From positions 1 through 60,327 of the forward strand of contig JYFJ02002275.1 in NCBI GenBank assembly GCA_000934665.2: a DNA stretch of 60,327 bases. Reading direction: 5' to 3'. The translations under genes and the position numbers were made by a program. Of the stretch, positions 11,141-25,129 are shown piece by piece (position 1 is the first letter of the stretch; each line of letters begins with the position of its first letter). Under the pieces are notes generated by a model. The model made no database searches and was not told where the DNA came from. It saw nothing but the letters and a program-made list of their open reading frames with translations. Source of the stretch: Catajapyx aquilonaris. Taxonomy: Eukaryota.

Positions 11141-11680
11141 CTAGTGCACCCGTAGCCAATATTTGGCAATACCCGCAATGAGGAAGACAATGGGAATGAA
11201 AAAAGTGGAATGAGAGGGCTCGCGGAGTGACAACTAAGAAATAGCGTGTAGCTCGTCGTAAGACGGGGTTGAAAAATTAAGTGGCATTGAATCAATCGAC
11301 ATAATGTAGGCTATACTTCTTGAATCGGACATGAGAAAACTATTCATAAAACCTCTCGATATACAACATTCTGTGTAAACACTCTGTTGTTGGAGAGTAA
11401 TGTTCTGTGTTAAGCAGTAGGAGTAGTGAACACTTTGACCTCACTTGGGTTGCGAGACCGGGAAAGTCCCACATACAGCTGGCCATGTGAGATGACATAA
11501 AGGCCGGTATCCACGTACGAGAATCTCGCATACGAGGAGCCGCGAGGAGCCAACTGCGTTGGCTCCTCGCGGCTCCTCGTATGCGAGATTCTCGAACATG
11601 GATACCGGCCTTAAGGTTCATTCAGGTAAATGCCCACGTGCTCAAAAGTCTGACCCTGCGACTTGTTGATCGCCATGGCA
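11141..11680 (-). mobile_element. Helitron 3' fragment with Pif1-like helicase C-terminus (pseudogenised)
   Basis: With the nested MITE removed, the minus strand reads [38 protein letters not shown]...TQNVVYREVL* (stop at 11344-11346, one internal stop). 3' end has hairpin GCCAA-ATA-TTGGC then CTAG|T at 11141. Confidence 0.9.
11501..11611. mobile_element. PIF/Harbinger-type 111-bp palindromic MITE nested in the Helitron ORF
   Basis: TSD TAA (11498-11500, 11612-11614); termini AGGCCGGTATCCA / TGGATACCGGCCT; almost entirely self-complementary. Confidence 0.9.
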
Positions 11681-11738
11681 TGGCATGGCATGGGATGGGA
11701 TGGGATGGGATGGGATGGGATGGGATGGGATGGGATGG
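11675..11738. repeat. (ATGGC)n(ATGGG)n pentanucleotide microsatellite
   Basis: Directly visible; abuts the truncated Helitron ORF. Confidence 0.95.
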
Positions 11739-13292
11739 GAGGAATGAGAAAGTCTGGAGCAGTTGCATTGGCATTATGTGGGTGACACCGTCGTGTAAGC
11801 AACGATCCCATTCCTCATCAGAGTCCAGCAAGTGGCGTTGGAATTGATGGTTGTGAGGATGTAAGGCACTGTGCGGATTGTGAGGACGTAAGGCACTGAC
11901 CACCGACAGAAAGGAAGGGACGGTACTCTCCGCTGCGCAGTGAGCCACTGACCACCCACCAAGCAACCCTCCGTCGCNNNNNNCCCGCCGGCCCCCTACC
12001 CAACCACCTATCCCCCCGGCCTGATGATTTAGTGGAGTGACCAGAAGCTGGCAGACTCACCAAGGCCCCCTCCTTCCCTCCGCCCCACCCACCAGAGCGT
12101 TCCAGACAGAGGGGAAAAATAAGGCGATTATTATAGGGGGAATGACTGTGTGCTGGGCTAATTCTTTTTTAAGGTTGATTGCGAAAGTGGATGAAGATTC
12201 TTGCCTTTAAGTTGTGTAATTTCTCCGGAAGAGCTTATTTTGTAAGTTGTTTACCCAAATCCTGAGTCAGCCCTGAGTTTTCGCAGACAGTCTCACCCCC
12301 ACGTTACTTATACCACCCCCGCATCAACCCCTTCCTGAAAACAAGGTGTTGGACTCATTAGCGCTGTTTATGCGTACGACTGGGATTTGAGGAGCGACGC
12401 CAACGACCCGGAATGCTCGCACTACCCTAGATCAAAGAGGCTTTTCTATCTCAACCCTCCCCTTCCCCCCCTCCTCTCTCAATTTCCCCCCGCATGTCCC
12501 TGTGGATGTTAGGGGACACTTTAGGCCCTGGAATGAAACCGCGCATTAAATAGGAGGCGGGGAATGGTAATAAGTAATGCGAGGGATGAGGCCATATTGC
12601 TTATGGGAGTGCGTACGTGAATGTTTAGGTTTATGTTTATCCCTCTTTACAGATGGTGTAAAATAGAATTACGGAAGGTCACTGAAAGGTGGTTTACGAT
12701 CTCCTAAGCAAAGGTGGATGAACGTCGGCCGAGGCGTCCAAGCTGAATACTTGCGACTGGCTGTCTATAATATCGCCTGATGACCACATCCTCGTTGTAT
12801 AGTATAAGAAGCTCTTTTGGCAAATGGAGCACATGTCAGGAGGAACTGGAATGGAGAAAATCGAGAAAAACGCACAGCTTGTTAAATGACAAGTGCCCTT
12901 TATGCCGATAATATGCAATTCGGCTCACGTGACATGTGCCCTGGTTACAAAACAGCCTAATCTTCAAACCTCATTTTCAGCTGCACGACAAATGTTCCTT
13001 TTAATGTACACTTTTCTCAGGACCTCATAAACAATCCCGCCTGCCATTTAGTGGTGATAACTCGAATGTTCCAAAAGAGTGACATGTGCCCTTTTTGCCA
13101 AAAGGGAGTCTATTGTGAATGTGTGGTTTTTATTCCTTCATACAGTCAAGAAACCTAATCAAAAAATTAATATTGATATTTACAAAACAAATATACAGTA
13201 GACTACTAAACTTAACAAATTTACAATGAATAACGGCGCATATACTGTAGCTCTCCACTAGCGGTGAAGATAACAATACATTAGCCTCTATA

Positions 13293-13702
13293 CAGAGTAA
13301 AGGAATTTAGCGTGCGGTGGCTTTAGTGGATGATAGAGTGGTTCCAGGCGGTCATTTTAATAAGTCGCATCATGGGTTTCCGACGCATAGTTACCGAGAT
13401 CATTAGCACATGTAGCTTATATGTTTCGATTACGGCTTACGACACTTCCATCATCTAGGCTATTCCCTGCTACATCTAATGGGATCGTAAATTAAATTGC
13501 GTAGTAATATCTGAAATTGAATTGGAAATGGTAATGTCGCCTGGAGAGACGCATACCAGCCAGGATATTTTATACCTTGTGTTTGAAGCACATGATCTCG
13601 GTAACTATGCTGCGGAGACCCATGATGCTACTACGTAAAATGATCGCCAGGGATCACTTTATCATCCCCCAACACGACTGTACTCTAAATTTCTTCATCC
13701 TG
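13293..13702. mobile_element. Old Tc1/mariner-type MITE with long degenerate TIRs
   Basis: TA|CAGAGTAAAG...TTCATCCTG|TA; inner IR GCATAGTTACCGAGATCAT / ATGATCTCGGTAACTATGC. Confidence 0.7.
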
Positions 13703-14023
13703 TATATGCTGTAGCAAGTGGTGGGGATAGAGGAGGAATGAAATGCAAAGGTTGGCTAATATCTACTTCTAGTTCGACCCGTTGCCAAATTTGGACAACA
13801 CTGCTTGCCCCNCCCCCCCCCCCCCACTGTAGGCCCCTACCAGTTGGCAAAAGTGGAAAACCATACGTAGCTACTACCACCTAGGCAATGAGTGTTGACG
13901 GACATGAAGCACACAGAGGATAAGGGAATTAATGGTATGATATATACAGTGTGTATTACATGTCATAGAGTAATAACGGAAGGAAAGAAGGAGGGAATGG
14001 AACAGAGGGGGGAGCCCTTAGTC

Positions 14024-14333
14024 CAGAGGTTCCCAAACTTTTTGAGTCGCGGAGCACTTTTCAGGAGAGATATTCGTGACGGAGCACTAACATCAGCGAG
14101 CCGCGTAAGCAGAAAAAAAACCCTGGGGTGGAGGGGGAGGGGGCAGCGCCAAATTAGTAAATGGGAAGGGAGGGGTGCAAGGGCGCCGCAGGCCAAAATT
14201 TTTTGGGGGTTCAAGGTCGCACAAGTTAATGAGAGATTGGAATGGGTATAGCTTATTGAAGAATTCCTTTTTTTCCCAACTTCTTCGCGGAGCACTTGGA
14301 GAAGCTTCGCGGAGCACAGTTTGGGAACTTCTG
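14024..14333. mobile_element. hAT Charlie/Buster-type MITE
   Basis: TIR CAGAGGTTCCCAAAC / GTTTGGGAACTTCTG; perfect 8-bp TSD ccttagtc (14016-14023, 14334-14341); subterminal GCGGAGCAC repeats. Confidence 0.92.
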
Positions 14334-14996
14334 CCTTAGTCCACCTCATATAGTATATACGGTATTGGGTGTCCTCAGTAGGGGTCACGATGGGGTCAGA
14401 GGCTGGGAGAAGGGTACCGGATGCAGTGGGGGATAAGAGGGCGTGGGACGGACAGGAATGGACTGATTATGAGCGGGAAGGTGGGGAAGGTGGTAAGAGA
14501 CCTGCATAATGTATACCGTATAATTACTATATATGCAAGTGAACTTGGGGATTTTTCTGACAAAATAATGCAAAGCCTTTGTAACCATATGCCACCAGTT
14601 GGTCATCCATAATCATTATTTCAAGAAATATCTCATACTTTCCCTAGTATTATCATGACTTGACAGTGACTACATCCTTGTTATACTGTACAATAGTATC
14701 ATAAGAAAGGTAGGGAGGAATGAACTGTTAGAATGATGCGGGCCCATTTGAAGAAGTCAAGGTGGATTTCTTATTGCGTCCCTGTTGGTCCGAAGGCTGA
14801 CTCAGGTCGTAACGAATGGATGAGTGTGGTCGCCTGTCGCGTTTACTGCTTGTACAAGTGATGCCGGTCTTCTTTTCTGGATGCTCAACACTCCGGAGTT
14901 TGTGTGCTCATTACACACTGGGGATATCAATATGGTACTATTCATGTCATCGTTCAATCGTTGATGTTTTTCTGAAATTTTTGATACACTAATAAG

Positions 14997-15035
14997 ATAC
15001 ACTAATAAGATAAGATAACACTAATAAGATACACT
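14997..15035. repeat. Short tandem repeat of ACACTAATAAGAT
   Basis: About three copies visible. Confidence 0.7.
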
Positions 15036-16227
15036 GAATACTATTAACGTGCTTTTAAATAATATTCTATAATATTCTATATTAAAGGGTATGCTCTTTC
15101 CTCTTTCAAATTACCCAATACCTATATGATGTGACCGTAATACTATTATGATTCCCCTATTAAATAAATAAAATATGACCTGAGCTCCGGTAAGTTGCCA
15201 TAATTATAATGCTCTCATGGAAACAACAGGCCTAATTCGCTGTTAAAAGTTCGTGATCGCACCGGAATAAAAGTGTTGTTCCTGGTCAGCGGAGGTTTAC
15301 TTTATGATATAACGATCATTGAAACGCGTATCGAAAACGTTACACGTAAGCAAGAAGTTACTACCTTATATGCAAAGGTTACTCTTGAGTTACCATCATC
15401 AGAGTGGATCATCATTAAAGTGTGTGGAATTAACAAGTGTAAGCAATTTTAACATTAGGTCCTTATGTCATGGGCTAGGAGCACCGAACTCAGCCAAATA
15501 AACACATGTTATTAATAATTTCGTCAGTATTTTGTCAACGATTAATATGCGCAATCCGCACTGATTTGTTTTACTGATGAGTTCGGTGTTCTTCGCACTA
15601 TAAGTCATGTTTTTATCACTTGCTAATACGTAATTGACTGTAGGATTTGTGGGTATGTTTTTGATTACAAAAATTGGGTATTACTGTATAAGTAGGCCAT
15701 TGCTACCATTTCTTCCTAGAGCCATATGCTCTGTTATCCATATTTAGGGCTAACCATCTTGTTCTAGATGCATACTGTATAATATAATGTATGCAGTGCT
15801 GCATTCATTATGAAGATTCTGTAGAGGTTCCCTTAAATGACGCCCATTAACATTAGATGAGCTGACTTCTACTTGAAGGAACATGGGTGTTAGAAGCTTT
15901 CAGACGGTAATTATTACGTGTGCTGGCAGAAATCCTGCGCCATCCTAGCCGGAGTACACGACAATCACGGTTTGAAGTTGCAACGTTGTGTCGATAAGGC
16001 GGAGATGAATGCTGTTAGAGTCAACCTCGTATAGCGTTGGAATGTTCGATCAAGAATTCTGTGTGCAGTATTAAAAGGTTTATTTTTACCCTACGCGGCA
16101 TGGTGCAAATTTTGAATAAGTATTTTGACTATTTTCAGATTGCACTGTTTCAAATCAGATTTTAAGGGTCTAAGAGTAGTCTATAATTATTTACGAAATT
16201 GTTGCATTCAAGTTTTTTCGGCTTTAA

Positions 16228-16507
16228 CCCTGGAGCCGTGCCGTGGGGTCTTTTTGGACCCCAAGGAAAAAAAGCATTAAAATGATCATTACAATGAACT
16301 TTTGCCATTTTTTACAGTATATAACAGGAAGTGCATGTTTATTTTAAATTAGCGATCATTTTAAGCACCGTTCAAAGAATGATTGTGTATCGTCAATACA
16401 TTGAAAAGTATTATATATTAATTAATAAAAATTAACATATGGTGGGGTCCGAAAAGACCCCACGGCACGGATGCCGTAATACTCGTAGGCACCGCACGCT
16501 TCCAGGG
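16228..16507. mobile_element. piggyBac-type MITE, copy 1
   Basis: TTAA|CCCTGGA...TCCAGGG|TTAA; subterminal IR GTGCCGTGGGGTC / GACCCCACGGCAC. Confidence 0.9.
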
Positions 16508-18616
16508 TTAAGAATATGTTACTACATGATTGTAAGTTATGTTTCTGAATATATAGGTGTATATTACATTGAAATATTTCCAGAAATCCAAACGATTTCC
16601 TTACTGCCTTGGCAGATGTACGAGTATCTTGTCTTCGAATGTTCTTGAGTGGATCGAAAGCAGGTGGTGATATAAGTTATTATTTTTTTGACAAAGTTTG
16701 ACGCTGTATAGCAGCAGATGTTACCCGCTCTAGCCAGCAGCGATAGCATTATCATTTGCATAACACGGCCGACAAGTTGCTCGGCTACGATGGTTTAACA
16801 ATAGTACAGTGCATTATGTTAGAAAAAGAGGCTTATAACCGGGCGAGGTTCAGACGCTTCTTTTTGATGTCGGTGGCCATTCCGTACAGATTCCTGGGAT
16901 ATATGGAAGTGCGGGGGTGTTTTCCCAACCAGATGTCGGCAGAGGAAAACTTGAAGCAGCCTCCGCTTTTGGGGAATCCTGCTTGCATAAATTATGCTTT
17001 AGAGGAGGATAAACTGCACCAGTTTCCTCAACATTTTGTCTAAAGCCCCTCACAAATGTTAGGCGAAATTGTTCCTGAGCCGGAAAGTGCGAAAACGGCG
17101 GAAGCCGTATGAAGAACAGAGAACAGAAATGCCAAGTGAGGAAGACTTCTCCAATAGAGCGGAATTGCACTGAAGATTATTATATTATAGTGCTGCTCTA
17201 CTCACTTCTGCTGAAGTAGATCACGCAACAAATTTATTTCGCTCGCACGCGCGCTCGCATTCATAATATTCACGCAAGCAGAAGCGAATTGCGATGTACA
17301 ATATTGTAGTACTGTACAGTAGATCTAAGGAACAATTATGGTGCCAGAAATGGTAAATGTGTAGATCATGGGGTATAAACTTAGTTAGTGGCGTTGATGG
17401 TGGTGCTGATGAGTGGTATTATGTACAGTACAATAGTACAAAGGAAAAATAAGTTCCGACCACAATAGTATGAAGGTCTGATCTTCCTGAAGGAAGCAAA
17501 CAAAACTTTGGAATGAGTGTTTTCAAAGAAAACACCGGTAAAAATACAAGATACAAGAATTCAGAAAATTAGTACTCACCTCTGAATTATTTTGTGGATG
17601 GTCAGTAATTTTTGCGTTTGAGGTGATGCAATGTTAAGAAGATTCATCTAGAGTTTTTTTAAACAGGCTCAAACGCCAGCTCAGCCGAGTACTTGTCCTC
17701 AACTTCAGTAACTCTCTTCAGCCTATGCGCTACGTAGCGTAGATCTGTTGTGAAACCTGACGGAAAAACAAAAACATAGGCTACAGATTGTTGCCTTTTT
17801 GAATACTAGAGAACGATTCACAAAAGCCACTTACGCTTGAGAGTATACGCATTCTTGTAGATCGTACTGTTTGCCCAGGTTGCACCAGAAATCCAAATAT
17901 GCCTAGTTTCGGCCAGTTAAGCGAACGAATGCCACAAGCAGTGCATATAATATTATAATGTAAAGGTATACAGGGTGTTACCGGTAACTCTGGCAAAAAT
18001 CACAGGGTGGGTAGAGGCCCCATAGGCAAGTATTTTGAGCTTAGGTACCCATGTCCGGAAATGCCACCGTACGGGGGTACGGCCGTTTCCACCTTTAGTA
18101 CGGTATGTTACGCCTGTTGGGTAGGCAACCAATCGTACTCGAAGGTTGCGTTCATCAAGCGTTCATCAGGTTTTGCACTTGACTCTCGCAATTACTGCAT
18201 GTAGTACATAAATAGTGATCACACATTCAGAATTATTAGTATTCTTATCAACATGAAAGATTTCAAATGAAAAATTTACTTTTTTCAATCGAGCATTTTT
18301 CGCATTTTAAACTTATCTTACAAGTTAGTCGCCCGCAAAGAGCAATGCCCCCCTACTCCCCTTATCAAAGAAATTCATATCTATTTTAGGCGCTGGTTCA
18401 GTCGTGAGCAGCATACAAATTCTGGTGCCACATACCATGATTCAAGCTCTGCCATGTTTGAATTACAGAGTTTCTAAATTTCATGCAGTCCATCTGATAT
18501 TGGGTGGACAATCACAGTCTTTTCTCTTTTCCACAACATTAATGCTAGTTATGCCCGTGTTGACAATATTCTCCGGTAAGACGCAGATTTATTAAGCTTA
18601 TAATACAGCTTCCCAT

Positions 18617-20200
18617 GGGACCTTTTTTGAATAGTTTTTTTTCGGTTATTGGAAGTGGTCAAAACCCAATCAACATATACATCAAATGAAAGAGAAACGC
18701 GAGTAGAATGCGCATATGGAATATGGGTTTTTCTAAAATGCGCTCAAAAAATCATGTGTGGCATTTCATCAGTCACATGTCCCAGAATTTGGCTCCATTA
18801 AAATTAATGGTAATTCGGCAAACATATCTATTACTAGCAGGTTACCCGGCGTTGCCCGGGTATGTTGGGGGTGCTGGTAAAGGTAGGGGTATTACATAGA
18901 CAGTATTTTAGGAAGTGTGTTTGTTTGTAAAAATTTCCCTTCCATACACTAGAAATTCGATATGTCTTTTAAAAGGCCTTATAAGTTACAATAAGCCAAA
19001 GTTTGTCACTATCTGTGATAGATTACCTGCTTGTCTTATAGCGTATAGTCGACACAGATATTCTAATTGGATGTGTAAAAAGAGGAATGCGGATGGAGGT
19101 GGCCCAGGAAAAGACTGAACAGCCATGTGTTTTTCCCCCTGAATTTTTGACCCCTTGACCCCCCAACAACACTTCACACCCCACCTCGTTCCATATGTTT
19201 GTTCTGAAGAAATGTACGTACAGATGCATGGTGGAAAAATTTTTTCAACGCGGAGTAATATTTTAAATACTGTATTATTTTATTGTATTTATTTTTGTCT
19301 GGAAGTCTACTTTCAAATCCCACCAAATCCCGGAATGACCATACGATACGAACTCACGTGAGGTGGCCAATTAGCGTAATTGGTGGTTGCGTTGAATTTA
19401 CCGGCGATGGTTTAATTTGCTAGGTATTGTTGCATAAGGGCATTTCCATGGGAGTAAGGATTGATATATTGTTATGTAATGTTGATGTAAGTTAATTGTT
19501 GAGGCTCGAGTAGTGATAAGATTCGGGAATATGCGTGTTGTGGGAGTTAGGTTCATTTTCGGAAGCTGAAACATACGGCGTTAGATTCCTTGGAAAAAGT
19601 AACCCCCGATATGGTAATTTAAGGCGGTGTAGGGGCCGTCCCCTGGATTTCTATAAGGGACCAACAAACAAACAAACAAACAAACAAACTCACAAACTTC
19701 CTCATTTATAGATATAGAGATTTTCTCGCGAGCCATGCATGTGCCAGGATTGAAACTGCACATATTGAATCTCATATGGGTCACAACTCCTGTCACCAAA
19801 TATGGCTGCTCTTACGAAAATACATCACTAATATATTATTGGGGTCTAAACACTTGGACATGTTACCGAGCATGTGACCGATGGAATGCCATACATGTTT
19901 TTCTGGGTGCATTTTCGAGAAAATCGAATATCATAGGCGCATTCCACTCGCGTTTCTTTTTCATTTCATTTATATGTTGATTGGGTTTTGACCACTTCCA
20001 ATAACCTTAAAAAACTATCCAAAAAAGGCCCCACTTTCAAAATTTCGCGATTTTTTCCCCTCCCCACGGCATTTCGAAATTTGGCTGAAACTTGATATGC
20101 AGTGTTACGGCGTAGGTGTGTACAGCTGTAATTATGTTCAGAAAAATCCGAGGTGTTTTAGCAACATTTAGGCCCGCTTGATTGGGAAAAAACTGCTATG
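18617..20200. mobile_element. Foldback DNA element related to 33278-34761, carrying a Helitron insertion
   Basis: 18617-18780 and ~19872-20031 are inverted copies; collinear with 33590-33950; 20080-20190 is the reverse complement of ~33430-33535. Outer boundaries uncertain. Confidence 0.7.
18834..19720 (-). mobile_element. Complete non-autonomous Helitron (TC...CTAG)
   Basis: Minus-strand 5' A|TCTCTATATCTATAAATGAGGAAG..(GTTT)n; 3' hairpin CCCGGGCAACGCCGGG then CTAG|T. No TSD. Empty site seen at ~33812-33840. Confidence 0.93.
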
Positions 20201-22439
20201 TTTGAGGACTTTGGTTTTTTGACGGTCCCGAGGTCAAAAACAAATCAAAGACAAAATGAATGCCCATTATGAGTTACTTGTGACCTAAGGAGCACGAATA
20301 TGACGATGAATTTCCACGGACAAAAAAGTCGAATTTTGTTGCATAGTGTATTATTTTATACGACAAATCTTTTTCATCTTACGATTTCATCGCAAACTGT
20401 TGACAGAATTACTAAAATTGAAAAGGGCAAAATAGAAAGTCTAATATACAGCCTCCTGATATTCCAGCCCAGTATACACCAGTGCAAAATAAGTTTCAAA
20501 CTGATAGTAGAGGGCCAAACTTCCTGAGAACAGATTAAGATGAGATTTGCCTTATAGTCACAGTATTAGAGAAACTTTGATAACTTGGCTGATATGGATA
20601 TAATATACCCAACGAAAACAACAAAACAGTGTAGAGATCCATTCTAGTTTGATGTTCCTAGTCCTAATATTTTTTGCCATTCATTAACCTTGGAAGTTCC
20701 ATCAAAGAAAGTTATGGGGAAAGTTTTTCTCCTCGAGTTTTTGTGGAGTTGCCCTTAGTCCTCACATTAGCCCATTTTTCTCCACCTCACAAGACTGCCG
20801 TGAATTAATGAAACGTCAGCCACCGGGAGTATCAGGGTCGTCTGAAGAGATTCCGCTTGGACCTTCTAAGAAAACTTCAGGACAGGAGCACTGGGCTGCA
20901 AACCTGTCCCGGTTTTTTTTGTAATTTTTTGCTGACATTCACTATCTCCTTCTTTGGGATCTTTTAGTGGTTCGAGTTATCTTCCGGTGAATTTTTTTCC
21001 CCCTCGACTATTTGTAAAGATGGATGGGGTGAAGAAGACGGAACATACACCCTAGACTTAATATACAGTGATAACCTTTGTCCAAAAAATAGCTTCTCCT
21101 AACATGGTCATTGACCTTACATGAATGCCATTTTGGAAAACTCTCTCACAGAAAATAATTTTTCCGTCGCATAAAGATAACATCTTTGCACATATGTATA
21201 TACACAGGCATATAATGCATTTTGAGGGGCACTAATCAAGATTTTTGCCACCGAAATATAGTGCATACAGCTATGTGTATGAAAAAAGCACAAATATTCG
21301 AATTGTTGGCCAAGCATGATTGTGAACATTATTTCCATTGTATATTATTCTGTTAGTATCCGATTTTTTGTTCACACGTTGATGCGGTTAAGACTTGGGG
21401 CACACTGCAGGGAAAGTGTGATTGAGGCAAATTAGAACTGGACCACACTGCGGGAGTAATGCTAGTAGTGTAAACTGCTTACGTCGCGATTTTCGGTCGG
21501 TATTAAAAGCCCATGGCAGTAAATTAACGCATCAAACTCAGCATATTTTTTGCTCCCATCCTTTATGCTCACATACAATATATCCTACCTTTCACTTCGT
21601 AAGATTGAAAAAATGGTTCACACTGACAAAAGCAGCACGAGGCTTCAACGTATGTAGGCTAACGAAAAGCAATGAAATTTTTTCTGTCACATAAGAGACC
21701 GTTTTTACTCCCTCATGCCTACCTTTCTTTTGTGATATTGAACTGGTCAAGCATAAGTTGAGTGACGAAAATAACTTTTTGAGCTTGCGTGTATCGTCCG
21801 AGACCAAGCCGAATGACGGTTTCATGACTTACGCGCTTTCTGGAAAGGGCTGATCAATTTGTGACGTCGACCAGTATTTGAACCCGCTGGATATGTAAGT
21901 TACTTGTACAAGTAATATGGACCAGTTGTGACTCTAGGCGCCCTGATCACACCAAGATCCTGGAAACAATAGTGGATCGATTGATGCGGAAGTATAGTTG
22001 CCATTTGGTTGCTCTAGAAGTCTAGAATGCATATACCACTAGAATACAGGAATCGCGACATATTGATGAATATTATATGAAATAACTTAGATGTCAGATT
22101 ATGTTCATGATTTACCCATGTCATTACATTCGTATAAAAACAAATATCAAGATAGGTCTTCCTTGGACAGCAGCCCACAATAGGCCATTCTTCTACTATG
22201 CTGTGGCAATGTGATAGTGGGTAATAATTCCTCGTTACTAATGATAGATCCAATTTATTTGATTTAAAGAGGATAAATTGATTAGTAACGGCAGCAATGA
22301 CAATGCCGAATTTCATTAAGCATCCCGAAGTGCAGCTGATTGGAAAAGTCATTTGGAAACAAATTGGCCCACAGAGCCACTACCACAATCATGACATACT
22401 CTGATTCTCTCTGGGTATAACTTATTCACTTTAATTGTT

Positions 22440-22486
<47 letters not shown>
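22440..22486. repeat. (TAG)n microsatellite
   Basis: Directly visible. Confidence 0.95.
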
Positions 22487-23307
22487 TTTGTTATCCTTAT
22501 TATTATTATAATCATTGTTATTGTTGTTTCTCTGCATTTTTAGCTAGAGTAGTACATTTGGGAAATTTTGTCATTATAACCAAACAGATGTGCGGATTGG
22601 AACTCCGGAAGATTGGGTTGACAACAAACCGGCTGGAATCCATTGCTTTAATATTATACTAAATGAGATTTGCCTGGAATTGTTTGAATATAATGTATAC
22701 GTATATTATGTGGTGTGATGATGCTCATTCCCCTGGAGTGATGTGATCTGTCGTTTACCCTATTCCCTGCCTCCCCACCCCACTCGACCAGGTTTAATGG
22801 ACCAATCGGCGGAGATTTTTGTTTTGTCCTTGTTGCCCGCGGGATGGCAAACACATCGCGTTTGTTTGTCTTGCAGCCTATCCTGTTGGCTTTCCTCTAT
22901 CTACCGCCCCCTTCATATTTATTTATCAGTGCGCAAAGTATTATGGATTGGGATACTTTGGCATCAAAACCACACAATCCGGCTATTTACATAGTCTATA
23001 TCCTCATTTGCTTTACCAGTTATGGAGCGGGCCGAGGGAGGAGGCCTGATACAATTCAAACTGGCACTAATTATATGGATTATCCGCACTGATCACAGCT
23101 AATAAGATGTACAGGGTGTTTCCAAATCACAGAGCAGCGTGTTCATCCTCTAAATTACTATACATGTGACGTGCTGAAAGGGCTGTAAGAAAAGGTCAGC
23201 TGATTATATCAAGCATTATGCACGATGCTGACTGTTTATCAATTAAAGTATATGCCGCATGCTGATGTTACAATCACGGTCCAGTCTTTGTAATCTGAAC
23301 CATTTGA

Positions 23308-23589
23308 CCCTGGAACAGTGCCATGCCTGAAAGTTACGGCAACCGTGCCGTGGGGTCTTGTAGGACCCCACGCCATATTTTAATTTATATTAATTTTTAT
23401 ATAATACTTTTCAATGTATGACTATATGCAATCATTCTTTGAACAATGACTAAAATGATCGCTAATTCAAAATAAACATGCACTCCCTGTTTACTTTAAA
23501 AAATGGCAAACAGTTCATTGTAATATTGTAATTTTAATGCATTTTAAGTCCTTTGGGGTCCGAAAAGATCCCACGGCACTGTTCCAGGG
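23308..23589. mobile_element. piggyBac-type MITE, copy 2 (inverted relative to 16228-16507)
   Basis: TTGA|CCCTGGAA...TTCCAGGG|TTAA; interior is the reverse complement of copy 1. Confidence 0.88.
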
Positions 23590-23737
23590 TTAACTTATAA
23601 GTAACGTCTTCAGCACAATTTAACGCATTCGACATTACATGGCCTTGTTCAAACTAAATTGAAAGCTAAACCATCATTTTCTTTCATGCCATTGGTTATG
23701 TCAAACTTGTTTACATGGGGTAGCCCACGGGGTAGCC

Positions 23738-24159
23738 TATGTCCGCTGACGTCATACTGCGGCGCTAGAGGGCGCTGACAGATATCGGCGGAGCTAGTAC
23801 ATAAATGAATGGAAACACGCATCAACATGTTTATTCAAAGAAGGTGCTTAAAGATGCAACCGGCAACACCATTGCATGCACGACAGCGTCGAAGCAATGC
23901 TTCCCACCCACTTTCACAAATTCCCGGCATTACGCAAATAGTTGCACATGGATTCTTGCGACGGGGTCTTCCTCCAGAGTCAATGGGAAACTCGCACACG
24001 AGGGTAAAAATGTGTCTCCACTTTACATACGCTGTATCCGATTTACAAATGCCGACTGCAAACGCAGGGCCGATCTCCGTTCCCATTTGGCCTCTCCAGC
24101 CAAATGCAGCTCCTCCAAACAGCGTCATCAAATGCCGAAGGATGACGTCAGCTGACATA
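23738..24159. mobile_element. Putative MITE with 18-bp inverted ends
   Basis: TATGTCCGCTGACGTCAT (23738-23755) / ATGACGTCAGCTGACATA (24142-24159), one mismatch. Confidence 0.55.
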
Positions 24160-25129
24160 CATTCATTGTCGACAAAGGTTTCTGTTGGTGTTCCCTTCTG
24201 ACATATCAAATCATACTATAGATCGATACTCGGGCAGCAGAATCAGGATACTCCATGGGCATGAGGGTACTGGACTGGAGACACGTTTATGAGAAGCCCA
24301 TACTTTCGCATAAGGAAGGGTCATCGGGGAATATAAGTTTACATCAATTCTGCGTGTTCGAGGAAGTTGTGGTGAAGGGGACACCTTTCCTGTCCGTGTC
24401 CTAAAAATGTTAATAAACTGTAATAAAGATAATAATATACTTGTGGTTATCATTGGAACGAGCAATGTTAAATATTTTATGGTGATGTGATATTTGCATG
24501 ACTGGACAGGGAGACGTTCCTGGTGTCTAAATAAGCTGGCAACGCGATAAATTTCAGGTTTTGTTGTTTGCGTGTTTTCCGGGAATGGTAACCCATGGAT
24601 ATTTACATCACTAAGAGGACACATTTAATTAGAAGTTGTGCATACAGCAGTTACCCCCCACTTTCCTGCTTAGTGTCTGACCACGCGAAACATTTTTGTG
24701 GGGATTTAGTCATTTGCAAATGTCGAAGGTAATAGACCGGTGTCTAGTCACTTTTTTGACCTGTCTTTTTCTGAACGAGCGAAATAACGTCAGAAGCCAA
24801 GCTTGAATTCGAGCAAAATTCCACACGAGAGTGGAAATGGGACCACACCGTTTATACGGACAATTGACTGCATTCCGTTAGATTCCACTGTCCTTTAACA
24901 GCTCTGTTGTGAAGACTTGGGAGATTTTCTTTATTATTGCGAGAGTGAAGAATACGGAACCTTCCTGTTTATTTTCTGAACCTTTGAACAGAACTTTTGT
25001 AGCATGCTGCTATATGATTATCTGCTATTCCTATTTAGAAAAATACGCATCATCAATAATATTATTCACACACAATAAATCACGATTCTTTGTCAAAAAT
25101 GATTCTGTTAAATGTTATTTCGGAAGGAG

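Noticed and set aside
23805..24624. Overlapping 116-137 aa ORFs
   Set aside because: Present on both strands, mostly inside or beside a putative MITE, with no recognisable motif or splice support.
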